NCBI GenBank assembly: GCA_963845065.1
Contig: CAWJQQ010000001.1
Location: forward strand, 512,001-576,000
Length of the DNA: 64,000 nucleotides
Origin: Nitrospirota bacterium
Lineage (GTDB): Bacteria > Nitrospirota > UBA9217
Reading direction: 5' to 3'
Shown here: positions 51,848 to 61,268 of the stretch, one piece after another
How the letters are laid out: each line of letters opens with the position of its first letter
Position numbering within the stretch: the stretch's first letter is position 1
The notes under the pieces: model-generated
The model's database searches: none
Told to the model about the DNA's origin: nothing
Seen by the model: the letters and a program-made list of their open reading frames with translations, nothing else
Position numbers and translations under genes: made by a program

Positions 51848-52963
51848 CTATGCCGCTAGGGAGCGCGAGCGTACAGCGAACCTTTTTTCGAGGATTGCAA
51901 GCTTCTCCATAATCCCAGTATACTCCAGCTCATCCATAGGCAGCATGGCTGCGCCGAAGAAACCCTGTCTTCGCATATCCATTGCTTTGTCGGCAACGTG
52001 GTCCCGTACCCGGTCCCAGAAAGGATGGTCAAAGGCATCGATCGTTTCGGTCAGTTTGCCCTCGCGCAAACAGAACGCTGCGCAGCTCACAATAGGCGGT
52101 CCATCGAAATAGCTAATCGGCGAATTCAGTTTCACCGGCATGAGCGGCATGTTGTGCGAGCCGCGCATGCAGCCGGCAACAAAATGGCCTACCGCGAACG
52201 GCTGCAGGACCTCACCTGTAGCAGGGAAATCCATTTGACTCCGAACTAGCATCACGGGGTCATCCTTACCCGTATACTTGCCTGCGATATTATGTAGCCG
52301 CGACGTTGCAACCGACACGGCCTGCGTTCCTGCTGCGCGGGACCAGATTGATTCGACTACGTACCGTTCAGGATCACGTAGAAGCGTAGCGATCTCATAC
52401 ATATCCTCAGGCGCATTCAGCTCGATAACCCGGTCGCCCTCGGCATAGTGCACGTCCATGATCACGAATCGGAAACCTTTCCCCATCTTGGGAGAGAGCA
52501 TCAGCCCTGGAGTATTCATAGCATCGGCAAAAGCCATATATAGAGGGAAATTGTAGGCACCCGGGTCTGTCTTGTCAGCTGCAAAAAACATAATAGGTTC
52601 CCCGGGCCGTTCCTCGAACTCCATCTCTGTGACCGCAGGTCCCATGCCGCGCACGTTGCCGGAGAAGGAGTCTTTCAGTAGGTCCTGACCCGCGCCATAG
52701 AGACCCTGTGACTTCGCCACGGCGGTCCCAGCGAGAAAAGCATCCCACGCGAGTTTGTGCACCTGTTTATTCCCTTCTCCACTGACATGAGTCATTAAGA
52801 TTGCGACATCGTCTCCCGTAGAGCTCACATAACTATCGATCAGCATGCCCTTGCCTTTTTCCTCCACGTATTTCTTTACGGTCTCGAAGAGCTTTCCCGA
52901 GGGGGCGATGTGACCTCCCACGGACCCGATATCAGCTTTTATGACGCTCAAGGTGATCTTCAT
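51848..52963 (-). CDS. fbp: Fructose-1,6-bisphosphate aldolase/phosphatase (class V FBPase)
   Basis: SVIKADIGS.GGH, GDD, LYGAGQDLL.D.FSGNVRGMGP, DKTDPG, YTGKDDP, MRGSH. Confidence 0.95.
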   Translation of the reverse strand: MKITLSVIKADIGSVGGHIAPSGKLFETVKKYVEEKGKGMLIDSYVSSTGDDVAILMTHVSGEGNKQVHKLAWDAFLAGTAVAKSQGLYGAGQDLLKDSFSGNVRGMGPAVTEMEFEERPGEPIMFFAADKTDPGAYNFPLYMAFADAMNTPGLMLSPKMGKGFRFVIMDVHYAEGDRVIELNAPEDMYEIATLLRDPERYVVESIWSRAAGTQAVSVATSRLHNIAGKYTGKDDPVMLVRSQMDFPATGEVLQPFAVGHFVAGCMRGSHNMPLMPVKLNSPISYFDGPPIVSCAAFCLREGKLTETIDAFDHPFWDRVRDHVADKAMDMRRQGFFGAAMLPMDELEYTGIMEKLAILEKRFAVRSRSLAA

Positions 52964-53038
52964 GGGAACCTCCTATTTAAATAGGTTGAAAAACCAGACA
53001 GGTACAGGACACATGCTTTTATTATAATGATAGCACAA

Positions 53039-53092
53039 TGGTCGGGGCGAGCCGATTTGAATGGCCGACCACTCGCACCCCCAAGCGAACGC
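53039..53092 (-). tRNA. 3' fragment of tRNA-Pro (not a complete tRNA; att-like remnant)
   Basis: Minus strand GCGTTCGCTTGGGGGTGCGAGTGGTCGGCCATTCAAATCGGCTCGCCCCGACCA has anticodon arm, T-arm and CCA; D-arm and 5' acceptor strand missing. Confidence 0.8.
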
Positions 53093-53187
53093 CCGATAGC
53101 CATATATTTGATTTTATTTAGTTTATAATACTTATTTTCGCTTAATTTGCTTTATAATCTGCGACATTTTCACGACATATTTCATTG

Positions 53188-53296
53188 TTACTTTTCCCCC
53201 TGGATCGCGTCCTTCGCTGTTTTCGCAACGCGAAATTTCATGACTTTCTTCGTCGATAGCTTGATCACCCTCTCCTCTCGCGGGGTTGCGACCCAT
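53188..53296 (-). pseudogene. HU/IHF histone-like protein C-terminal remnant
   Basis: MGRNPA, then after a frameshift VIKLSTKKVMKFRVAKTAKDAI. Confidence 0.7.
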
Positions 53297-53853
53297 GAGG
53301 TTAAGAGGGCGAGTTTATTTGGATAGCTGTTTAAATGGAATGATAGTTAGAGTCTTTTACGGATCGGGTCACAAGCGAGACTTGAACGAGCAGAATTTAT
53401 GCGAATAATGCGAGATATATCTTGCATATCCCCATACAGTCTAAAACATACGCATGATTCACAGTTCGTAGGGTTGTGCTTTTTTTCCGTGGCCCTCTCG
53501 GATGATGTGTTAAAATACTGATTGTTATGCGATTACATCTTGGTTGTTCTATAGCTAAAGACTTCGGAGAATTGCTGGAGGCTGTATTTCTGATGGTATT
53601 TTTCGGTCAGCATGCGGCGTCTCTGTGTAGACCATACTACACATTATGCATGCTTCCACCTGACCTAAGACGCCGTGTATCAATTATTTACTTTTAGCAA
53701 GATGCTGCGAGATTTCGTCCTTATGGAGCCTTACATACGAACAGCTCGGTTTCGCCCCACATTTCCTGCACGAAATGTCATAAGCGGAATTTACTGTGCA
53801 ACACGTAGTGCAGGAATAATGCTCATTTCTATACCATTTTTCATATCCGACTT

Positions 53854-55184
53854 CAGTAGTGTCCGGTTGTTACGTAAATAGATTCAATTGGTTATCGTCA
53901 TGATGTTCGTTTTCGTGACTAATTGTTTCATTAACCAGCTGAGAAATGGGTATTTTCTCAAAAAGGTTGACCTCCAAAATTTGTAGAATCGTGTGGAGAC
54001 TGCCGGGAAGATTCAATCGCTTCTTGACAATCGCTACAAGAAGATAAACACTGACCGCAACCCAGATTTGAGTCTTGACCGCATTGGGTGATGTCCCAAA
54101 GAACGACTTGATGCGGAGATGTTGTTTGATCCATTTGAAGAACAACTCCACCTGCCAACGGGACCGATAAATATCGGCGACGGTCTTGGCCGGTATAAGA
54201 AAGTTGTTCGTAAGAAATACGAGGCGTTTGTCGCGCTCTATATCGTGATAGCGCACCCGACGCAAAGGGTCGGGATAAGCCATGCGCGATTTGTAGCCAA
54301 CGAGCAGAACCGTCTGATCGGCCTGTACGCCGATGGCTTTGTCCACCGAAGCAGAATAGATACGACGCAGTCTCGTGTTGTGCTTGCTCCGGATAACGAA
54401 GAAAGCTGAAAGTTGATTGATATGATAGAGCTGTTCGAAATCGAGATATGCGCGATCCATCGTATAGACTGAATCGGCTTCGAACGGAACGGCATCCATC
54501 ATATTGACGTCGTGAACGCTGCCAGGAGTCACGAAAATAAAGGTCGGAATTGATCCCTGCACGTTGAGTAAAGTGTGAATCTTGACGGCTGCTTTCTTTT
54601 TCCGAAATGTCGCCCACTGAAATGTGGACAGGCAGAGATCTATAACCGTTGAATCTAGCGCATAGACCGCGAACTTCAGATCGAGGCCAAGGTCCTCGTC
54701 TCGGTAGAGCTTGCTGGCGATGTCGATGAGCACATAGCCAAAGTCCTGATAGATGCGAAAGTCTCGAAGCTCGTTGGCGTCTGCCAGCGTGGACTTGGAG
54801 ATCTTCCCCCGGAATCCCATGTGATAGAGCTTTGGTCGATGGGAATTGAGACACGTTACGATGTCTCGCAGACTTTCGCGATAGGTCAATTGAGCGAACG
54901 CCATGCAGAGAAACTGATCCATGCATGAGAAACTTCTGACCTTGTGATTGCCGTGATAACGAAGGACGCATTGATTGAACTCGTACCGTGGTAGATGCTG
55001 GATCAGTTGAGCAAAAATCGTTTTTCCGGAATTCATCGTCGTCCCTCCTCATACTGTGCTGAGGTGGATTATAGGATGAATTTGGGTAAATTGAGTTCAA
55101 ATCGAAAAGTTGCATTTTGGCTTCTATCTCTTTGAATTACGCTGAGTTATCAAGCTTCAGAAAAACGATAACCGGCCACGGTTG
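53854..55184 (-). mobile_element. IS4-family element (complete)
   Basis: TIRs CAGTAGTGTCCGGTT and CAACCGTGGCCGGTT; 9-bp TSD ATCCGACTT. Confidence 0.9.
53870..55036 (-). CDS. IS4-family transposase (DUF4372 plus DDE)
   Basis: MNSGKTIFAQL, ALDST, MDRAY, YRSRWQVELFFKWIKQ. Confidence 0.94.
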   Translation of the reverse strand: MNSGKTIFAQLIQHLPRYEFNQCVLRYHGNHKVRSFSCMDQFLCMAFAQLTYRESLRDIVTCLNSHRPKLYHMGFRGKISKSTLADANELRDFRIYQDFGYVLIDIASKLYRDEDLGLDLKFAVYALDSTVIDLCLSTFQWATFRKKKAAVKIHTLLNVQGSIPTFIFVTPGSVHDVNMMDAVPFEADSVYTMDRAYLDFEQLYHINQLSAFFVIRSKHNTRLRRIYSASVDKAIGVQADQTVLLVGYKSRMAYPDPLRRVRYHDIERDKRLVFLTNNFLIPAKTVADIYRSRWQVELFFKWIKQHLRIKSFFGTSPNAVKTQIWVAVSVYLLVAIVKKRLNLPGSLHTILQILEVNLFEKIPISQLVNETISHENEHHDDNQLNLFT

Positions 55185-55607
55185 ATCCGACTTCTTTAAT
55201 GCGTTCCTGGGATTTCCACAGCTCAATGCGATGCGGCATCTCAGCCTGAAACGCTTGCAGATTCTTACGGGGTACTCTGAACATTCGCCGCAAATTTCCA
55301 CTCCTTTTTCAGCGGCGCATTTTGCCATCGTACATTTGCTCTTGCAGTATTAGCATCTTTCTCTGTCCGGCAACTGGTACCTGCATTTCCTTAGGAGATC
55401 GTTGAAGACGCTGGGCCATCACCTTAAGTCGATCAGAATCTTCTTTGTGCCGATAAAGACGCGGCATGAGGGGCAAAATAATCCGCATACCGCGACAAGG
55501 CGCCTATCGGGGATGCGAATGTTTTCGCTTGTTTCTTTCATAAGTTTGAACCATCCTCTCCTCGTGATGAACAGCGCCATCTTCACGCCCAAATAACGGG
55601 TTAATAA

Positions 55608-56261
55608 CTATTGTCCCGCGCGTACGGGCCATACATTGTGGTTATAGGTTTTATTGAAGTATTTCAAGTTGCCGTAGTTCATATCAAGGACCCATGCTTG
55701 GGAGGTATCGTCGGCAAAAGAGGTGGACGACCAATAGTAGTCGTACGACAGTACGTTATCGAATCCCTGGCTATTCAACCACGCGGCGGTATCGGGTTGA
55801 GCCTTATTGACAAGGCTTTCTAGCTCGTTGATGTTCGGCAAGCGCCAGTCGTTATATCCAAGGTAATTTTCAGCATTCAGCTTTGCAACATAATCAAGGG
55901 CATGCTGCCATGTAACCTCTCCGTATGATACCGGACTCTGCCTCTCCCAATGAGGATCTCTTATCAACATGAGATTGCCATTGGGCGCCCAGACGAGTCC
56001 TGTAAGATTGTCGGTAATTGAGGTGTCTGCGTTTGTGGTGAAACGCGGATTCGGCCAAACAACGCCTTTTTGCAGGTCTCCATCCTGCCCTGTATTAGTG
56101 CAGGATATAACAGTGCCCGAGCTGTCATAGCAAGTCGCCTGGCCGGTGCTGGGTAGTTTGACCGTGTTATCTTTGCTTGCACCATAGCTCAAACAAACGA
56201 TACTTGTTACCATGATAACTAACAATAATGCTGCAATCCAAAAGCTGTGTCGTACTTTCAT
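55608..56261 (-). CDS. Exported DUF1566 (Lcl C-terminal) domain protein
   Basis: [44 protein letters not shown]. Confidence 0.85.
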   Translation of the reverse strand: MKVRHSFWIAALLLVIMVTSIVCLSYGASKDNTVKLPSTGQATCYDSSGTVISCTNTGQDGDLQKGVVWPNPRFTTNADTSITDNLTGLVWAPNGNLMLIRDPHWERQSPVSYGEVTWQHALDYVAKLNAENYLGYNDWRLPNINELESLVNKAQPDTAAWLNSQGFDNVLSYDYYWSSTSFADDTSQAWVLDMNYGNLKYFNKTYNHNVWPVRAGQ

Positions 56262-56556
56262 GCTTTAACCTCTCTATATTGAAATAACTTGATACCACGA
56301 TCTTTTTTTGATTCTTCCACAGAGTAATGCTTGCGCGTATAATTTCAATTATACACTATTCTTTTCGGCCAGGTTCGAAATGCAGTGTAGGGATGCAGTG
56401 TACAAACCAGGTCATAACACAATCTTCATGACGGATTTCGTAGCTTTAGGGGTACGGCGGCAGAGGCTCAGGTTTTTCATGACGCATTTCTCAATTTATT
56501 GTCGCCTCTCCCTCTCGCACAGCCACAACCGGGTATAAAAAATAGATGTCCATTAT

Positions 56557-58530
56557 TTACACCTTACCGCAGTTGTTTTCATGCCCCCCTCCGCGATCAG
56601 GGGCTGTAACCGTCTGCGGCGTTGTGCGGTTCAGGTTCTCTTCGAAGTTCTGAATAAAGAGGTGATCAAGAATCTGGACGGTCAGGATGATCGTCAAAGC
56701 GCTGTTCAGCCTTCTCTTCAACAGGGAGTTGGAGGAAAGCAGCTTCAAAAACCACCGCAATGCAAGGATTCGTCGATAACTGAAAATGCCGCTTTTCGCG
56801 ATGGCTTCGCGGCTGAGATATTTATCGAAAAGGGCATCCAACCCGGAACATCGCCCCTTTTCGATCCACAGGGGAGGGGCGGAATAGGGCCATTTTTTCC
56901 AGGAGTAGATGGCCTCGGTGAGTCGCTCCCTGAAGGCTTCCCGCAGAACATATTTCTCAACGCCGTCGCGAATCTTGAAACTGTCCGGAATGCGGCGCGC
57001 CGCCTCAAAGAGATGGTGGTCCAGGAAAGGAGTCCTGCCCTCGATGGAATGTCCCAATTCAGTGCGGTCGCCAAGGACGGTGAGCAGGTAAGGGGCGAGC
57101 ATGTTCTTGATCCAGGCATACTGCATTTTCCTCGCCAACGACCGCCCTTCCGTCTGATCCCGGTCGATGCGCTCTACGAGCCTCTGCAGGGGATGGCGTG
57201 CCGTAAGCCGGGGCCTGTGTTTCCTGTCGAAAAAGCCGAGAATGAATTTTTGGACTTTCGGCGACAGCATAAGAACGTAGTCCGGCATGGGGACGAAACC
57301 GAGCGTTTCCAGCATCCCACCCGTCTGAGAGCGCCTCGGCGTCTCTTGCCCTTTTAGCTTGTTTACCATCTGATCGAGGAGCGAGCCTTTCCCAGACTGG
57401 AAAATGATGTACCCGAGGAACACCTCATCAGATCCCTCCCCCGTGAGGATGACTTTTACGTGCTCGCGTGCGAGACTCGACAGCATGAATTTTCCGACAC
57501 CGTGGAAGTTGCTAAAGGGCAACTCCGTCACCCAGATGCAATCCTCGGTATTTGCCAGGAGTGCTTCAGGACCGCACTCGATGGAGTGGAACTCCGCCCC
57601 AATCTTATCCGCCATCTCCCGCGACAGCCGGGCTTCGTCGAATGCCTCGTCCTGTGGGAAGGAGATGTTGAAAGCCATCACCTTATCGCGGTGATATTCG
57701 GCAACCGTGGCCGCGACGATTGCCGAATCGATCCCCCCGCTGAGATAGACGCCTACGGGAACGTCGGCTCTGAGGCGCAATCGCACGGCCTCGTCGAATT
57801 TCTCCCGAACCATTGCAAGGCAACGGTCAAAATCCGTTTCGTTCCCTGCGTCTTTTTCTGCCGGCAGATCACAATCCCAGTAACGCTTCATTTCGTACGT
57901 GCCTTCTCTCAGGTTCGCAACGAGCAGACATCCTGGCGGGACGACTTCGACCGCCTCGAACATCGAATCAGGGATCACCATGCTGAAAAAGTCACGTATG
58001 GCTTCAATATTGAGTCGGGGAGTGAGCAATCCAGTTGCCATCATTGCCTTGGCCTCCGATGCAAAGAGCAGACGTCCATCCTGATTGTTGAAGAAAAGCG
58101 GTTTGATCCCGAATCGATCTCGGACAGCCAGCAATTTTCGATCTCGCCAGTCATAGAGGAGGAAGGCAAATTCACCACGGAGGTGATCGACAAAAGCGAG
58201 GCCGTATTGCTGGTACAAGTGGATGATCACTTCGGAGTCGCTGCGGGTGCGGAACACGTGACCGTGGAAGATGAGTTCTTCGCGCAGGCGTTCGAAATCG
58301 TAGATCTCACCGTTACAGACGAGGACGATATCCCCGTCCTCCGAATAGAGGGGTTGGGCCCCGGTCACAAGGTCTATGATGGAAAGCCGCGCGTGTCCCA
58401 GGGCGACAGGGAATTCGGGATCAAGGAACATACCGCTGCCGTCTGGCCCGCGATGGTGTATCGAATTGATAGCTCGCTGCAGTGCCTGTTCGGAAACGGA
58501 ATGGCCCGTCACCCCCACGATACCGCACAT
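56557..58530 (-). CDS. asnB: Asparagine synthase (glutamine-hydrolysing) family amidotransferase
   Basis: MCGI, HRGPD, RLSIID, NGEIY, LSGGIDS, GEGSDE. Confidence 0.92.
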   Translation of the reverse strand: MCGIVGVTGHSVSEQALQRAINSIHHRGPDGSGMFLDPEFPVALGHARLSIIDLVTGAQPLYSEDGDIVLVCNGEIYDFERLREELIFHGHVFRTRSDSEVIIHLYQQYGLAFVDHLRGEFAFLLYDWRDRKLLAVRDRFGIKPLFFNNQDGRLLFASEAKAMMATGLLTPRLNIEAIRDFFSMVIPDSMFEAVEVVPPGCLLVANLREGTYEMKRYWDCDLPAEKDAGNETDFDRCLAMVREKFDEAVRLRLRADVPVGVYLSGGIDSAIVAATVAEYHRDKVMAFNISFPQDEAFDEARLSREMADKIGAEFHSIECGPEALLANTEDCIWVTELPFSNFHGVGKFMLSSLAREHVKVILTGEGSDEVFLGYIIFQSGKGSLLDQMVNKLKGQETPRRSQTGGMLETLGFVPMPDYVLMLSPKVQKFILGFFDRKHRPRLTARHPLQRLVERIDRDQTEGRSLARKMQYAWIKNMLAPYLLTVLGDRTELGHSIEGRTPFLDHHLFEAARRIPDSFKIRDGVEKYVLREAFRERLTEAIYSWKKWPYSAPPLWIEKGRCSGLDALFDKYLSREAIAKSGIFSYRRILALRWFLKLLSSNSLLKRRLNSALTIILTVQILDHLFIQNFEENLNRTTPQTVTAPDRGGGHENNCGKV

Positions 58531-58729
58531 ATCACACCTCCCATGGAGCTTGGTCTTTCTTGGGATTCTCCCCTCGCGCAGTGAGGGGAGAACTATATTG
58601 AGCAGACCCCCCTAGGTAACTCCGGTTTTTGGGTGTTATCTAGTTTAGTAGTGAACGTGCAATTTACTAATGGAAATTTTGATCATATGTTTGTTTTCTG
58701 GTGATGTCAACGATTTTGATAAGGTATTA

Positions 58730-59650
58730 CCTGAATCTTGCGCCAAAACGTAGTTTTCCCTGTTTGTCGGCGGAATTCTGATTGCCAGCGACCACTCACG
58801 CTCCGCCACTACTTCACTTCGAATTATCACCTGCGTTAACTCAACTCACAACAAGCTGAAAGATTCCTTTCGTGTCTCTCAGCTTGTGCTGTGCAAGAAA
58901 TTTCATGCATCATTGAATCAAGAAGAATTTTCCGCGGGTCGCAGCCTTAAAACCTCCATATGCCAGCATTGCCACTGACTGCTATCGAACCATGGCCGAA
59001 CACGCATGCGTACTCGATCAAGGTGTTCCATGAAGCTGAAGAGTCCTGCTACCCGACTAGTATGCTCTGAGTATCTCACTTTCGTTGTATTCCCCATAGT
59101 AACCAGCTTAGCTGCGATCAAGAGTAACTTGAGCCTGGCGATTCGGATAGTATTGTCCGCAATTCCGCTCAAACCTGTGGGCGATATGTTCACCTTCGCT
59201 TTATTCTGCCGCTCACTGTATTCCGCGAGCATCTTGAACGACCGCCAAACGTTGTAGGCCAACAAAACAATTTGAAAATATGCGTAGTTGTTCATGAACC
59301 GGCGCGTGGGAATTGCCGACAGTCCTTCTCGCTTTACTTCGCCGATCTGGTTCTCGCAGTCTGCCCCGCTTGTCATACTCACTGATCGCCTGATGAGATT
59401 TGCCCGAATGATTGGTGACGAATTCACGATACGTAAAGTTGCCGTCTTCCAATAGTTCAAGCTGCGTGCCTCCCTTGCCTGATTTCTTTCCCGGAATACG
59501 CATTGAGACGAAACGACGTTCTCCCAGCCATCCCATCGGCGTATATCAGCACTCATTGTATTCTACATTGTCGTTTTTGTGCGCCTTGTACGTCTTGGAA
59601 TCAAAGGGCGGCTTGCATACTTTATTGCCGAAGAGGATGTTGCAGCTGAG
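58730..59650 (-). mobile_element. IS1380-family remnant (frameshifted C-terminal transposase plus one end)
   Basis: RRFV..YREFVTN..YDKRG / CENQIGEVK..F..NYAYFQ..LAYN..RLKL..A.KLV; putative end CCTGAATC at 58730. Confidence 0.75.
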
Positions 59651-59829
59651 CATTAAACAGCGCCTACTGTTTGATTGTGAACGATATCGTGGCACAAAAA
59701 ATTGTGCACGATGTTATGTCCTTTGTCAATTAGGGGATAAATAACAAGATCAATATAGCAGAGAAAATATTTATTTGTAATCTACCCAAAACAGAAATCT
59801 CCTACCAAGAATGTACTATATGATCTTGT

Positions 59830-60714
59830 TTATCGTACTTGGCGCACCCGCTGTTGCACCTGGATGCGCATCCCCTTCGCATAACCACTCGCCATATAAT
59901 CTGTGGTATGCATAATCGCGAGACGGCCCTTCCGGTCGAGAGCAATGAGGCCGGCCTGGCCGTGAATGCGAAGAAGGGCTTTTAGAGCCGCACGTACTGC
60001 TAAAGCGGGTGTCCTATCCACCATCAGCAAACAAGTCTCTTTTGCGAGCGATCTTCTGAGGATGTGTTCTCCTGACCCGGTGCAGGAAACGGCGCCGCTT
60101 TCGTTCTCCGCATAGGTTCCGGCGCCGATGATCGGCGAGTCCCCCACCCGTCCGGGGAGCATTGCGTGGGTTCCGCCGGTGGATGTTCCTGCCGCCAGAT
60201 TTCCTCTTACATCCAGCGCAACCGCTCCCACGGTCGAGAAATATTTCCGGTAGAGCCGGACGACCTCGTGTTCCCGTCGAAGGAGCTTTTTCAATTTCTC
60301 CCGCAATTCCTTTGATGGCCTGGGAAGCCGTGTAAGACCTCGTGCGATCCTGCACGCGCCCATATTCGTCATGAGCACATGCGGGGTGTCCATCACCCTT
60401 CTCGCCGCTTGGATGGGATTGCGAAAGCCTTCAAGACCGGCAACTGCCCCGGCTTTCATTTCTGTTCCTTCCATAAGCGAGGCGTCGAACCTCTGTACGC
60501 CATCGAGCTGCAGCACTCCACCCAGTCCCGCGTTGAACATGCCCGAGTTCTCCATGACGGTTACTGCCGCGACTACAGCGTCAAGGCTACAGCCCCCGTT
60601 CAAAAGGATCGTGTAGCCTTTTGCAAGAGATTCTGCTAGGACATCGAGAGAGGTTTTTTGGGGCGGTTTATATCCAGCGCCACCGTGCACGAGGAGTACG
60701 GGATTCGCTTTCAT
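59830..60714 (-). CDS. Isoaspartyl peptidase/L-asparaginase (Ntn hydrolase)
   Basis: VHGGAG, FNAG.G, DASLM, STVGAVA, TSTGG, GRVGDSP, TGSGE. Confidence 0.92.
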   Translation of the reverse strand: MKANPVLLVHGGAGYKPPQKTSLDVLAESLAKGYTILLNGGCSLDAVVAAVTVMENSGMFNAGLGGVLQLDGVQRFDASLMEGTEMKAGAVAGLEGFRNPIQAARRVMDTPHVLMTNMGACRIARGLTRLPRPSKELREKLKKLLRREHEVVRLYRKYFSTVGAVALDVRGNLAAGTSTGGTHAMLPGRVGDSPIIGAGTYAENESGAVSCTGSGEHILRRSLAKETCLLMVDRTPALAVRAALKALLRIHGQAGLIALDRKGRLAIMHTTDYMASGYAKGMRIQVQQRVRQVR

Positions 60715-61268
60715 GGCTTGAGCGTACAATAACGGAAGGGAAAAGGCAAGAGGAGTTCAGGTTGATGTCAAGCCAAAGAACGGAGGGGATGATTCATAAT
60801 TTTGGAGTGAAATGTTCATTTGCCAAAACTGGCAACCGTTGCGAAGTACACGAAGTTCTTGTTGCCAGAAAAACAATATCATAGTATCTATAATTCAAAC
60901 AGCATTATTCACCTTCCTAACAATTCTGGCTCTCTGACCTTCACCTCCCATGAAGAGGGTTTTGTCAAGTGATCCCCTTGAGTTTTTTAATGCTGCCGCA
61001 TCATTCTCAAATCATATCAGTCTCGACAAAGAGTCCGGTTATTTGTCAGGAATCAACTATCCTCCCATTCGAGATCACACTATCGGTGTCTCACCTCACT
61101 GATGCTGATGGCACGCCCATTCTACAAGCCGGCTTTTTTACACTGGAACGGTAACCATCGTAAGAAGAGAGCTTTTCCATTCACGCCGACACATCTAGTG
61201 CATTGACAAACAACATAGAGGACTAGTAGTATTGGAAGAACTTTTCAAGGTTATGCTCTAGACATTAC

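Larger units (their letters stand above)
53684..55541 (-). pseudogene. DUF3795-like Cys-rich protein disrupted by IS4 and frameshifts
   Basis: VAVCGLFCPSC..CAAEKGVEICGECSEYP..ERIKEVG [IS] YEKWY..CRKCG. Confidence 0.75.

Noticed and set aside
53958..55115. 385-aa ORF overlapping the IS4 transposase on the same strand
   Set aside because: Arg/Ser-rich alternative frame with no motifs or RBS; best explained as a shadow ORF
56581..58584. Long antisense ORFs (258 and 374 aa) over asnB
   Set aside because: Antisense shadows of a GC-rich gene with no recognisable domain
56557..58730. Lasso peptide cluster around asnB
   Set aside because: The glutaminase domain (MCGI) is intact, and no B protein or precursor peptide was seen
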